From positions 133,052,001 through 133,116,000 of the forward strand of contig NC_082710.1 in NCBI RefSeq assembly GCF_030144855.1: a stretch of 64,000 bases of DNA, read 5' to 3'. The DNA is from Hypanus sabinus. Lineage: Eukaryota. The notes beneath the pieces were generated by a model that saw only the letters and a program-made list of their open reading frames with translations, made no database searches and was not told the origin of the DNA. Shown here one piece after another: positions 1 through 12,234 of the stretch (position 1 is the stretch's first letter; every line of letters starts with the position of its first letter). Made by a program: the position numbers and the translations under genes.

Positions 1-58
1 ATTGCAGTTTACCAACTCTGTGTCGTTATTTTAGCGCTGCGTGTAGCACACCGCTACA
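1..58 (+). repeat. 3' end of the 5' LTR (cut by the window edge)
   Basis: Ends ...CCGCTACA like the 3' LTR; the PBS follows 2 nt later. Confidence 0.93.
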
Positions 59-60
59 AT

Positions 61-72
61 TGGTGACCCCGA
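61..72 (+). promoter_or_regulatory. Primer-binding site complementary to tRNA-Trp
   Basis: TGGTGACCCCGA is the reverse complement of the eukaryotic tRNA-Trp 3' end (UCGGGGUCACCA). Confidence 0.88.
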
Positions 73-98
73 TGGTCCAAATGATTTTTGGACCAGAG

Positions 99-803
99 AT
101 GACCTACGCCACATCTGTTCATGCGGTTTCGTTGAAACTGCCAAGCTTCTGGGCGCTGCGACCTCACCTATGGTTCCAGCAAGCAGAAGCCCAATTCCAC
201 ATTTGGCAGATAACCTCAGAGGACACACGTTACTACTACGTGGTGAGCTCCCTCAACCAGGACACAGCGGCCCAGGTTGCGGAGTTTGTACAGTCTCCCC
301 CAGCGGACGGCAAGTACACGGAATTCAAAGCCCTGCTCCTCAGGACTTTTGGACTCTCACGGCGTGAGTGAGCTGCCCGTTTACTGCACCTGGATGGCTT
401 GGGAGACAGGCCTCCATCGGCTTTAATGAATGAGATGTTGTCTCTGGCTGACGGACACACACCCTGCCTCATGTTTGAGCAGGCATTCCTGGAGCAGCTG
501 CCCGAGGACATACGCCTGCTGCTGTCCAATGCGGATTTCAGCGACCCCCGGAAGGTGGCAGCCTGGGCAGACTTGCTGTGGAATGCCAAGAAGGTGAGTG
601 GGGCGTCCATCGCACAGATCACCAGGCCACGCTCCCAGCAGCAAACCAGTCCAGGCCCGGCCACAGAGCCCGCTAACCCCAGAGGCAGGGGTGGGGAGCC
701 CAATGAACAATGGTGTTTCTACCACCAGCGGTGGGGCGCAGAAGCCCGCCATTGTCGCCCGCCCTGCCAGTTCCCGGGAAACGCCAGGGCCAGCCGCCGC
801 TGA
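99..803 (+). pseudogene. gag: gag, short, with a C-x2-H-x9-C-x3-C knuckle and one premature TGA at 369-371
   Basis: ORFs 60-371 and 399-803 share a frame. N-terminus LKLPSFWALRPHLWFQQAEAQF; C-terminus WCFYHQRWGAEARHCRPPC. Confidence 0.88.
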
Positions 804-3800
804 TGGCTACGGCAGCTGGCCATTCGATATAGCCTCCTGTATGTGTGGGATAGAAGGTCGGGACGCCGGTTTTTGGTCGATACTGGTGCTGAGATCAGCG
901 TTTTACTTCCGACGAGTTACGACACCCGCAGCAGGGCACCGGGTCCCCCCCGAGGGCCATGAACGGCAGCACAGTAAGGACCTATGGCATCCGTCAGGTG
1001 CAGCTACAGTTCGGCTCCAGCCAGTTCATGTGGGACTTCACACTGGCCGCCGTAGTCCAACCGCTCCTGGGGGCAGATTTTTTTGCGAGCTCACAGCCTA
1101 CTGGTCGACCTGCCGAGGAAGAGACTGGTCCACGCCGAGACATTTCAAACGTTCTCCCTGGGTGAAGCCCAGTTGCCAGCCCCTCACATCGGCTCCATCA
1201 CGCTGTCCGACAACGACTTCACCAGAGTCCTGGCGGATTTCCCATCAGTTCTGGCACCGCAGTTCACAGCAGCCATGCCCCGACACGGCGTACAGCACCA
1301 CATCCCGACCCAGGGACCACCCCTCCACACCCGCGCTCGGCGGCTTCCCCCGGACAAGTTCCGACTGGCGAAGGAGGAGTTCCAGAGGATGGAGGAATTG
1401 GGGATCATATGGCGGTCTGACAGCCCATGGGCCTCCCCCTGCACATGGTGCCCAAAGCGACAGGGGGCTGGAGACCGTGCGGCGACTACCGCAGGCTGAA
1501 CGAGGCTACCACACCGGACCGCTACCCTGTGCCGCACATTCAGGACTTTGCAGCAAACCTGCACGGCGCACGGATCTTCTCCAAGGTAGACCTCGTCTGA
1601 GGGTACCATCAAATCCCGATGCATCCGGACGACGTCCCCAAAACGTCTCTCATCACCCCGTTCGGCCTTTTCCAGTTCCTCTGCATGCCGTTCGGCCTGA
1701 AGAATGCTGCACAAACGTTCCAGCGGTTAATGGATGCGGTGGGACGCGACCTGGACTTCGCATTCATCTATTTGGACGACATCCTCATAGCCAGCAGCAG
1801 TCGTCAGGAGCATCTGTCACACCTCCGTCAACTCTATGCCTGGCTGAGTGAATACAGTCTAACAATTAACCCGGCCAAATGCCAGTTCGGGCTCGACACC
1901 ATTGACTTCCTGGGCCACAGGATTACTAAAGACGGGGCAACTCCTCTGCCCGCTAAAGTAGATGCGGTCCGCTATTTCCCCCTACCCACCGCGATCAAAG
2001 GCTTTCAGGAATTCGTAGGTATGGTCAATTTCTACCACCACTTCCTCCCTTCAGCTGCCCAGATCATGTGCCCCCTGTTTGCCCTGCTGTCGGATCCGGG
2101 CAAGGACATTACCTGGGACGAGGAGTCCGCCGCCGCTTTCATTCAAACGAAGGAAGCCTTGGCAAACGCCGCGATGCTAGTGCACCCCAGAATGGACGTC
2201 CCTACCGCCCTCACAGTGGACGCATCTAACACGGCAGTCGGTGGGGTACTGGAGCAGCTCATCGCGGGTCGCTGGCAACCCCTGGCGTTTTTCAGTAAAC
2301 ACCTGCGACCACCCAAGCTCAAATACAGTGCTTTCGACAGGGAACTGTTGGCGCTATACTTGGCAATCTGGCGTTTCAGGTACTTCTTAGAAGGTAGGCC
2401 TTTCACCGTGTTCACGGACCACAAACCGCTTACTTACCTTTACGTTCACGAAGGTGTCCGATCCATGGTCGTCCCGCCAGCAGCGCCAACTGTCCTACAT
2501 CTCTGAATACACGACGGATGTCCGGCACGTCTCGGGTAAGGACAATGTCGTGGCGGACACGCTCTCTCGCCCTAACATTCATGCCCTTTCCCAAGGTGTA
2601 GACTTTGAGGCACTGGCAGAGGCACAGCAGGCAGACGTGGAGATCCCGAGTTACAGAACCGCAGTCTCTGGTTTGCAGCTCCAGGACCTCCCCATAGGCC
2701 CAGGTGAGAGGACCCTACTCTGTGACGTCGTCACTGGCCAGCCCCATTCCGTCGTCCCGACAGCCTGGCGGCGCCGTGTTTTCGACTCCATTCATAACTT
2801 GGCGCACCCCTCCATCCGGACAACCGTCCGGATGGTCTCCAGCAGGTTTGTTTGGCACGGACTCCGCAAGCAGGTCAGTGAACGGGCTAGAACGTGCATG
2901 CACTGCCAGATGGCCAAGGTGCAGCGGCACACCAAAGCTCTGCCGCAGCAGTTCCACCCCTCCCACCGGCGTTTCAACCACATTCATGTGGATATTGTGG
3001 GCCCCCTGCCAGTGTCACGCGGCACGCGGCACCTCCTGACTATCGTGGACCGGTTCACAAGATGGCCAGAGGTGATCCTGCTCACCGACACCACCTCTGA
3101 ATCCTGCGCACGGGCACTGATCACCACCTGGGTGTCCCGCTTTGGTGTACCGGCCCACATTACCTCCGACAGAGGCGCCCAGTTCACCTCCAGCCAGTGG
3201 TCAGCTATGGCCAGCCTTTTGGGGACTCAGCTGCACCACACCACTGCCTACCACACACAATCGAATGGACTAGTAGAGCGTTTCCACCGTTACCTAAAGT
3301 CGGCTCTCATGGCCCACCTGTGAGGAGCTAACTGGGTCCTACTCGGCATCCTCACGGTGTCCAAAGACGATCTGCATGCCTTGTTGGCCGAGTTGGTGTA
3401 CAGCACACCCCTGGTCATCCCTGGGGAGTTCATACCCACCCCAGGGGGGCAAGAGTAAGAACCCGCAGCAGTCCTGGGCAGACTACGTGAGAGGCTCGGT
3501 GACCTGGCCCCCATACCCACTTCGCAGCATGGGCAGAACCCATCCTGTGTACCCAAAGACCTGCAGAACTGTAAGTTTGTGTTTGTACGAAAGAGCGGGC
3601 ATCGGCCCCTACGAGGGGCCGTTTACAGTGCTCCGGAACAACGGGTCCATGTTCATGCTGGATGTTGGGGGGAGAGAGGAGGTTTTCACGGTGGACCGAC
3701 TCAAACTGGCCCATGTGGACCTGGCGCAACCGGTCGAGTTTCCGGCACCGCGGCGCAGAGGCCGACCTCCCAAACGGTCCAGCCCATACTGTGGACATTG
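803..3800 (+). pseudogene. pol: pol (protease, RT, RNase H, integrase), broken by frameshifts and stops
   Basis: FLVDTGAEIS (DTGA 879-890), YLDD (1769-1780), TVDAS, FTDHKPL, HHCC zinc finger, D..D..E core (HVDIVGP, TSDRG, NGLVERFH), PYEGPF. Confidence 0.93.
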
Positions 3801-3838
3801 GGGGGGGGGGGTGTATCGCCGGTTCTGGGGGGGTGTAA

Positions 3839-4095
3839 TGTGGTGACCCACTTCCTAGCGCACTCGAACCGGCTCACAAATAGCCAGCACGCAGGCACAA
3901 AGGCCAGGTCCGCAACAAAGGGAAAAAGCCTGCGGGGGTTTGTGAGTACGTGTCCCTTGGAGCATCTGCGCCCGGGGAGGGTGGGATGAGGGAGGCTTTA
4001 AAAGCAAGGCTGTGAAGTTCGAATAAAATCATCTTTAATTGCAGTTTACCGACTCCATGTTGTTATTTTAGCGCTGCGTGTAGCACACCGCTACA
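3839..4095 (+). repeat. 3' LTR (257 bp)
   Basis: TG...CA ends after a G-run PPT; TTTAAAA at 3997-4003 and AATAAA at 4022-4027. Confidence 0.9.
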
Positions 4096-5829
4096 ATATT
4101 TCCTTTTCAATAAAAAAGATTTTAATCTGAGTCTCTGCCTGCCTCTCAAGACCTTGACTCTCAGCACAATAGATGCTTTTCAAAGCAAAACAAGGAAGTT
4201 CACTTCTAGGTAGTGAACAATATCTATCCCTCATCTAAAACAGACTAGGGTAGAAATACCTAAACAGTAGTGGCTGTACAAACAGCTCTGCTTTGAAATT
4301 CATAATTCAATAGATTGAATTTTGCAATGTGGAATACAGTTTCATACAATTTCTGCCATATCATATGTTAAGCACGTGGGACTGAGGACAAATTCTAGCC
4401 CATGATCTAGCTGTGCAAGAACCCTGTGTAAATCAGCAGCTACACTTACTGCAGTGCAACATCAGCTGTTCTTCATTGTAAAAGTCTTTGCTATAGATAG
4501 AATGAAGTGATTTAAAGGTGAATGTTACTTGCTTTACCTCAAGAGAAATAAAGGAACCAAACACATTCATAATAGAAGCTGAAAAATGATCAGTGGGTAT
4601 TTATCCAGTATTAGTGAAGCCCGTGACAGAAATCAGTAAAGGTCAGATGATTAATGCCTGGGTCTTACTAATTTATTTGAAGTCATTTGGGAAGGAAGGC
4701 CTTCCATGTGGAAGGTAATGTATACAGACCCAGAGGCTAGGTGAGGATAACAAAGATGCATGGCATCTTAATGTCGGAGGACATCCCAAGAGTGAGGCAT
4801 AATGGGGCAAAAAGAGATGGTGAGGTAGAGAGGGAGATGCTGGGAGTGATGAAAAGGGAGATACCCAGGCAAATTACCAAAGAGGACAAATCGATGGAGA
4901 TGGAAGTGGCACATTTAGCAGGGCAGTTGCCTCTGAGCTTCTGTAAACCAGGTTCAGTCTTGGCCTTTGGCATTGTCCTTGTGCAAAGTGCATCATCTCC
5001 CTGTGACCACCTGCTTCTCTGATTTCATCTCAAAGATACGCAGACTGGCAATTAACCAAACAACATAAAATTATTCCCTTTGTAGGTGGGTGGTTGAATT
5101 GATGGGCATTTGGGGAAAATGGATTGTAGGGAAAATTAATGAGGGGCGTGATTTCTCTGTGAGCTGGCATGATGGGCCAAATAGCCTCTTTATTGTACAG
5201 AAATTCAGGGAGAGGGAATCCAAAATGCACACGAGAAATAAGCTTGCAGTTAACTGGGTTATGCTGTTGCAGAGTAAACAGTGTGAAGCATTCAAAGTCT
5301 GAGAGCAAGTACTGCCCAGCTCAAGGACAGATTTTAACCTGTTGTTATAAGACTATTGAATGATTTCCTAGAACAATAAGATGGACTCACAATCGACCTC
5401 ATTATGAGCTTATATCTTATTGTCTATCTGCGCACCACATGTATATTACTGTTGCATTTTACTCTGCACTCTGTTATTGTTTTACCTTTCGCTGCCTTCC
5501 TGTATTCTGTGTAATGAATTGCTCTGTATACTCAGAATGCAAAGCAAGCTTTTTACTGTATCCCAGTGCACGTGACAATAATAAACCAATATCGAAGTTA
5601 TTGTTCTGATGTAAGAGAATTCAGTTTTCAAGAGGACAAGGGCTCCGTTTATTTCTAACTAGCCCTGATCATGTTTTCTAATCTCTTTCTATCTCAGTGA
5701 TGTCCTTTGGCTTTATAACCTCTCCATATGTCACATCCTCCGGTTCTGGTCTAATGATATCCATGAATTCCTGATTCCTCCAGTGGCAGTTGTGCCAGCA
5801 GATGCCAAGATCGTGAACTCTAGGATAAA

Positions 5830-6030
5830 GACAGTAAATGCTAACAGCAGATTAGGTAGCAGCTGTAAAAATCAGAAAGAGTCCATGGTTCAGCTCTCGG
5901 ACACTTCATCAGGATGGGTCCTTAGTTCTGATGATTGGTTCTAGATTGAAGCATTAACTGTTTCTCTCTCCAACAGACACTGCCTGATCTATGGAGTGTT
6001 TCCAGCATCTTCAGTTTTTTTTCCAATTTC
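5830..6030. mobile_element. Head-to-head pair of Penelope-like pseudo-LTR fragments
   Basis: Inverted CTGATGA motifs (about 5878-5914 minus, 5924-5960 plus) with the tail shared by other Penelope-like copies here. Confidence 0.55.
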
Positions 6031-7017
6031 CAGGATTTGCGTATTTATTTCTGTTTTTCCTCCTTTAAGGGACTTTCTTTTCTGATCGACCTTTTATCTA
6101 CCAACGCGAAGGTCTCGCTATGCGGTTCAGTGCCAAACTTTGTTTGCCGATGTTTCTGTGGAATACCTTGAAGGATTGGCTCCATGGAGTGTGCTATGTG
6201 AACTGTGCCGTCTGTGGCCAGTTCCTTCAGTGTTCAGTCACTTGAGCTGAGGTAAGTCCCAGATGTACATACTTGGGCTGAGTGCCCATGTCTCACTGGC
6301 AGATTTTGGGGTGCCATCCCACTGCTGCAGGAGGAGAAAGGAGAGTAAAAGTGGATGAAAATGGGTGCAATTAAATGACTAATATGAGGTGATGGTAGAA
6401 GGGAAGCAGTAAAACAAAAGCACAGAAGATCTAGGGTGGGAACAAAAAGGCAAAACAGAATAATTATCTGAATTTACCAAAGAGTTATGAATACCTGGAT
6501 CACACAGCCTGAGAAAGCGGTGAAACAGAGTCACTGTCAGCATTTAGGAAGTGCTGACAGAGGAGATGGGTTGAGTAGAGAGAGGTTATCGCGGGTGTAA
6601 TCTTGGGACCTTATTTTAATAAACAAAATGTTTGGAGTTGATGGAATGGCAGAGCAGACTCATTGGCCAAATGGTCTAATTCTGATTCTATGTCATGTGG
6701 TCATATGGTCTTATGTCCAAAAAGGAACAATTATACCATTGTGCATCATACTAGAAGGATTGGCTTTCTCAAATCAGTCTTCGTGACTAGCTCAATTTGT
6801 TCCTTGAATATGCTGGGTTGCAAACATTAAGATAGGGAGATTTGTCTCTTGCATTGCCGTCAGCTGTGTCTACAAGACTCCTGGAAAAGTCAACAACTTT
6901 GCAACGTGTGAGAGAGCAGCCATTTTGTTTTTCAAGAAAGGGATTCATTCTCAGTTAAATGTTACAAGCATTGCAAAGGCTGGTGATTTGTAATATGACA
7001 ATGCAGAGAAAATGGTG

Positions 7018-7324
7018 TTGGTGCGTGGCCTAGTGGATAAGGCAACAGACTAGTAACCTGAAGGTCACTGGTTCGAGCCTTTGATGAGGCAGCATGTTTG
7101 TGTCCTTGAGCAAGGCACTTAACAACACATTGCTCTGCGACGACACCGGTGCCAAGCTGCATGGGTCCTAGTGCCCTTCCCTTGGACAACATTGGTGGCG
7201 TGGAGAGGGGAAGGCCTGCAGCTTGGGCAACTGCCGGTCTCCCACACAACCCCGCCCAGGCCTGCGTCCTGAAAACCTTCCAAGGAGCAAATCCATGGTC
7301 TCACGAAACTAACGGATGCCTATA
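7018..7324 (+). mobile_element. tRNA-derived SINE with CORE-like centre and RTE-like tail
   Basis: A box TGGCCTAGTGG, B box GGTTCGAGCC, and GTGTCCTTGAGCAAGGCACTTAAC. A second copy is at 56935-57245. Confidence 0.8.
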
Positions 7325-7540
7325 AAAGTTTTTTTTCATTACAAAGAAAAACAGCTTTGTATTACAAAGCCACATACCTCAAAGTATCAAGGAGCTATAG
7401 CAAAAACTAGAAAATCAAAAATTAGTAAACTGAGGAATAAAGGGTATTGTTTTTTGAAGGAAGATGAAGACAAATTTCTATTGGATGGAAAGGAAATGGT
7501 AGGCTGGTTAAATGGGATTTTTTAATATGTTTTCATGGCA

Positions 7541-7925
7541 AAGTTCAAAGTAAATTTATTATCAAAGTACATGCATGTCACCAGGTACTACCCTGAGATT
7601 TATTTTCTTGCAGGCTTTCACAGTAAATACAAAGACGCACAATAAAATCAATGAAAAGCTGAACACAAAGACAGACAACCAACCAATATGCAAAAGACAA
7701 CAAACTGTGCAAATACAATAATAATAATAATAATAATAATAATAATCATAATGATGATGATAAACAAGTAAGTAATAAGTGTTGAAAATACGAGTTGTAG
7801 AGTCCTTGAAAGTAAGTCCATAGGTTGTGGAATCAGTTCAGTACTGGGGTGAGTGAAGTTATCCACTCTGGTTCAGGAGCCTGATGATTCAGGGGTAATA
7901 ACTGTTCCTGAACTTGGTGCTGTGA
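7541..7925 (-). mobile_element. Rex1/Babar-type LINE 3' fragment containing an (AAT)n tract
   Basis: Same tail as the Rex1 RT copy at 56838-58695; (AAT)n at about 7717-7760. Confidence 0.7.
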
Positions 7926-8574
7926 GACCTAGGGCTAAGGTAGAAGAAGAAGGTAATTTTAACACCGGGGCAAGAAATCCCAACAATACCAGGGAGCTGT
8001 GTAGAATTGTAGAACATCCTGCTGACTGTATTGCAGCCGACAGGACGGCCGTATTCAGGGAAATGAAGCAAAACAACTAACGTCTTGACGCAAATGTGTT
8101 TTCCCTCAGATAGCAATCAAAATAATGTAAATCATAAATAGATGATTCATAACAATAATCGCTGGATGGGATATTTATCCAACAGGTAGACTGAACAGGA
8201 AAACATGTGGCCAACTAAGCCACAAGATCATGACAATGTCAGGACTGCTCAGAATAGTTCTAAAAGTGAAAAGGAATGAAATAACAAAGTCAAACAGAGG
8301 AGGAGATTGCCGTATTGGTTCCCTGAGCTCTCTGTTAACAGTTTCTAACCGGAAGGTGGTTATGTCAGCGACACCACAGCAAGGTTAAGGAACGGAATCA
8401 GTCAGATTTCCAGTTGTGGCTATGGAGCAACCCTCAGGGAGTGGTAGTTGGTTATCATGCTGGAATAGCAGTGCAGATATTAGAGGAAGATTTCATTACA
8501 GGGCAGCAGATGGCCTGTCAATAAGCGTACGGCTTCAGAACCACAAGAGGTTTCATATTCTAATACCTGTAGCA

Positions 8575-9365
8575 GAACAAAAGGCACTGGAGGAACACAA
8601 CAGTTCAGGTAGCATCAGTGGAGGGAAGTGAGGAGTCGATGTTTTGGTTCAAGACCCTTCATCTGCACTGGAAGGAACAGGGGCGGGGGGAAGAGGCAGT
8701 ATAAGAAGGAGACAGGTGACAGGAGGATCCAATGAGGGGGTGCAGTAAGTAGATGAGGGCAGGAATGATGTCAAAAGCTGAGAGAAGAGCCAGTGAGAGG
8801 AGTATATGGGGTGATGAGCAGATGGGGAGTGTGGGGGGGGGGGGGGGGGAGGGTAGGAGAGGGGGAAGAGTGCCAGTGGATCAGAAGAACATAGAAAAAT
8901 AAAGAAGGGGGAAAGAGGGAAAAATGAGAAAGGGGACAAATGGACCAGAGGTTTGAGAACATGAATTTCATGTCACCAGGCTGGAGGTTAGCCACAGTAG
9001 GACATGAGGTTTTCCTGTAACTGTAGCTCCATCCAATGCTTCTCTTGCTGTCTCTCTTCCCTATATTCCTTGCTCCACTAAACTCTAATACCACATACCA
9101 TCATTTTAAGTCCTTTGTTACTTCCACCTGTCACCTCCCAGTTTTTGATATCATTCCCTCCCTCATCTGTTTGTCACCTCAACCCCACCCCCTTCAGCTA
9201 GATCTACCTGTCACCTGTCAGCTCCTGATCTATGCCATCAACCCCCTCCTTTTTTCCCCTTTCTTACTAGTTCAGATGAAGGGTCTTGACCTGAAACATC
9301 TACTGTCTATTTCCCTCCACAGATGCTGCCTGACCCATTGAGTTCCTGCTTCACCTATTGTGTTG
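8575..9365. mobile_element. Two Penelope-like 3' fragments in inverted orientation (8575-9010 minus, 9040-9365 plus)
   Basis: Minus copy encodes LQPGDMKFMFSN, a GIY-YIG C-terminal remnant. Both carry the GATGAAGGGTCTTGA tail. Confidence 0.7.
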
Positions 9366-9399
9366 CTATAATTTTCATTTGTTCTATTTTCCCTATTAA

Positions 9400-10012
9400 A
9401 TGGATTCAGGGTCTCAAGCTGCAGTGCCACCCAATCGAAGCTGGTACGCACCACCAGGGGCAGCATGGTGCAACATCCAGGCTGGAATTGGTGATGCCCA
9501 CCCCCTAAGTGTTCGCTCTGAAGAACACAAGTCCTACTGTGATCTTCGGTATTCATGGAATCAGGGTCTATATATATTTTGTGTGGTCGTATTTTATTGA
9601 CATCCTATATGTGTTTGCTATCTTGTATGTCTGCAGACTAGGCCTCAGGCTGCAGTGTTGCCTGTTTATGCCACCGGGAGAGAGGCATCAGAACCCGTGA
9701 GCTCCACCAAGGGTGCTGTGGCACGGTGTCCAGGCTGGAGTTGGTGCTGCCCCCCAGTGTTTGCTCAGCAGAAGACAAGCTCTATTGTGGTCAACCACAG
9801 ATTTCTGTGGCATTGATAGCTGAAGTCTGGACAGTGGCTGTATCTTATGATAGCTTTATGTGCTTTCTATTTTGTACGTGCTATGGGTACTTTGTGCTGT
9901 GTGTGACTGTTGGTACTGTGTTTTGCACCTTGACCCCAGAGTAACGCTGTCTCATTAGGCTGTATTCATGAATGGCTGAATGACAATTAAACTTGGATGG
10001 AATTGAATTGAA
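9400..10012 (+). mobile_element. Non-autonomous retroelement with a diverged internal ~240-bp duplication
   Basis: 9410-9640 resembles 9640-9860. The tail ending GACAATTAAACTTG recurs at about 38700-38820 and 52270-52480. Confidence 0.55.
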
Positions 10013-10042
10013 TTTTTGCTCTCACCACCACTTTTCCTTCCC

Positions 10043-10266
10043 TGATGCACCATCAATAACTCTCGGAGACGTGAGGTGAGAGATAGGCTTTTATTAGCTG
10101 GAAGAAAGCACTGTCAGTAGCAAGAGACCATCACACAACATCCTGGAGACTGAGGGAGGAGCAGTGCCTCCAATCACGTTTATACAGGGGTCTGTGGGAG
10201 GAGCCACAGGAGCAGTTAGCAGGGGGGGGGGGGGCGCGTCCAGACAGGTATATGTAGTTCACCACA
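10043..10266 (-). mobile_element. Solo LTR (224 bp) with a 5-bp TSD
   Basis: TG...CA ends with TTCCC on both sides (10038-10042, 10267-10271); TATAAA and AATAAA on the minus strand. Confidence 0.85.
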
Positions 10267-10634
10267 TTCCCAAAGTAACTTTCCATGCTCAATTCCACCA
10301 GTCCCCATATTCAATGGATCATTTGGTGTGTATTCTTCCAACTTGTCTATGATGCTACTGATACAGATTCTATCCCCATCCATCTCCTTTCAGCATTTTG
10401 AAGCATAACGGTTACCTTCAACTTCTCAGCCCTTGTCTGAATGATGTTAAGGTCATCCTGCAGGTGGGCATGTGAGGATGTGTGGATGAAATTAACAATT
10501 GTTAGCAAAAATTCCCATTTCTGTACACAGTATATGCTGAAGGAGAGATTCTTGATGAAATTAGTGAAGGCAGCTGAGCCTAGGACAATGCCCAAAGCAG
10601 CTCTAACATAATGTCCTGGGGTTGGAATAAAAGC

Positions 10635-11395
10635 TTAGACTATTTTCTGTACAGGGAGAAAATTCAGGAATCAGAGGTGCAAAGGGTCTTGAGAGTCCTC
10701 GTGCAAGGTTCCCTAAAAGTTATCTTGCAGGTTAACTTGCTGGTAATGAAGTCAAAAGCAATGTTAGCATTAACTCTGAGAGGATGAGAATATAAAAGCC
10801 AAAATATAATAATGAGGCTTCATAAGACATTCATCAGACCACACTTGGAACTACAGATAAGGAAGAAAGGTTGTGCGAGCATTGGAGAGAGTCCAGAGGA
10901 AAGTCATGAGACTGATCGAGGGAATGAAAGGGTTAGCATATGAGGAGCATTTGATGGCTTTGGGCCTGTACTTGCTGGAGTTTAGAAGAATGAGGAGGGA
11001 CCTCATTGAAATCTCTCGAATACTGAAAAAAAAAATATACAGATAGAGTTAATGTGGAGAGGATGTTTCTTATAGTGGGGAGTCTTGGACCAGAGGGCAC
11101 AACCTTAGAATACAGGGGTGTCCTTTTAGAACAGAGTTTAAGAAGAATTTATTTAGCTAGAGGGTGGTGAATCTGTGGAATTCACTGCCACAAATGGCTG
11201 TGGAGGTCAAGTCATTGGGTATACTTAAACTGGAGGCTGATAGGATCTTAATTAGAAATGGAGTCAAAGGTTACTGGGACGAGGCAAAAGAATTGGGTGG
11301 AGAGGATAATGATCAGCCATGATGGAATGGCTGAGCAGTCTTGATGGGCCAAATGGCCTAATTCTGATCCTACTGAATGTCTTATGCCTTATGGA
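10635..11395 (+). mobile_element. CR1-type LINE 3' fragment
   Basis: Decayed ORF2 C-terminus (RPHLE, MRRDLIE, TRGH) and typical tail. Confidence 0.75.
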
Positions 11396-11499
11396 AATGA
11401 TTGACATCCATCAACCATATCAATGTATAATATTATCTGTTGAAATCAGTCACTGCATGCTTTGCTAACAATTTTAGCATTCCAAGCTTCTAAACTGAA

Positions 11500-11855
11500 T
11501 AGAACATAAAATGTAGAACAGTGTAGCTCAGAAACAGGCTCTTTGGCCCACCGTATTGTGTTGAACTAATTAAATACCTAAAAACTGTTCCCCTCTGTCA
11601 ACACAGTGTCCATATCCTTCAATTCTCTGTTTGTCTGAGAGCATCCTAAACACCTTCATGATCCCCCTTGGCAATGCATTCCAGGCACCCACTGTATTCT
11701 TTGTGAAAATAAATGTCCCACACATATCCTTTGAATTTACCCTCCTCACATTAAATGCACACCCTCTATTACTTGCCATTTTGACCCTGGGGCAAAGATA
11801 CTGGTTGTCTACTCTATTTCTTCCTCTCATAATGTTACAAACCTCTATCAAATGA
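11500..11855 (-). mobile_element. CR1-type LINE 3' fragment
   Basis: IEVCNIMRGRNRVD...VGAWNALP. Confidence 0.75.
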
Positions 11856-12234
11856 AATTACATTTTAAATAATCTCCACTGAAATTGTTAACTTCTTGAC
11901 ACTTAGAAAGTAGCCTTGGATTGACCTTTAAAGATTAAAGAGATATTTGATCCAGGTGTATAATGAGCTTTAAAATCACTTTTATTATTTATTTATTCTA
12001 TTTGTGGGAGACTCAGTGGTGGTTTACTGATGACATTGGTTATTATCAGATTTGTAGCTTGCAGAGGTGATGACACAGTTTGGATTGTTTAATTCCAGCA
12101 TATGGCTATTCACTTATGAAACAAAAATACACCTAAAGCTCAAATGTGTTTAGCGCTTACCTACCACGGGAGTTCACTGGGGTCACGCTGGTAACTGTTT
12201 ACGTTCCACCTCAGGTCAATGACACAGAACAATA

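Larger units (their letters stand above)
1..4095 (+). mobile_element. Ty3/Gypsy LTR retrotransposon, CsRn1/Kabuki/Boudicca-like clade; full internal region, decayed
   Basis: Bases 1-58 match 4038-4095 at 54/58. Domain order is PBS, gag, PR-RT-RH-IN, G-rich PPT, then a TG...CA 3' LTR. No env or chromodomain. Confidence 0.95.

Noticed and set aside
598-1851. 417-aa ORF overlapping gag/pol as an accessory gene
   Set aside because: Alternative frame of GC-rich retrotransposon DNA kept open across frameshift lesions; no recognisable domain.
3841-3849. TGGTGACCC at the 3' LTR start as a second PBS
   Set aside because: It lies inside the LTR after the PPT and is better explained as TGTGGCG changed by CpG decay.
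7018-7095. tRNA gene
   Set aside because: The A/B boxes continue into a SINE body that has a second copy at 56935-57245.
7648-7866. Poly-Ile membrane peptide ORF
   Set aside because: Translation of an (AAT)n microsatellite within a Rex1 tail.
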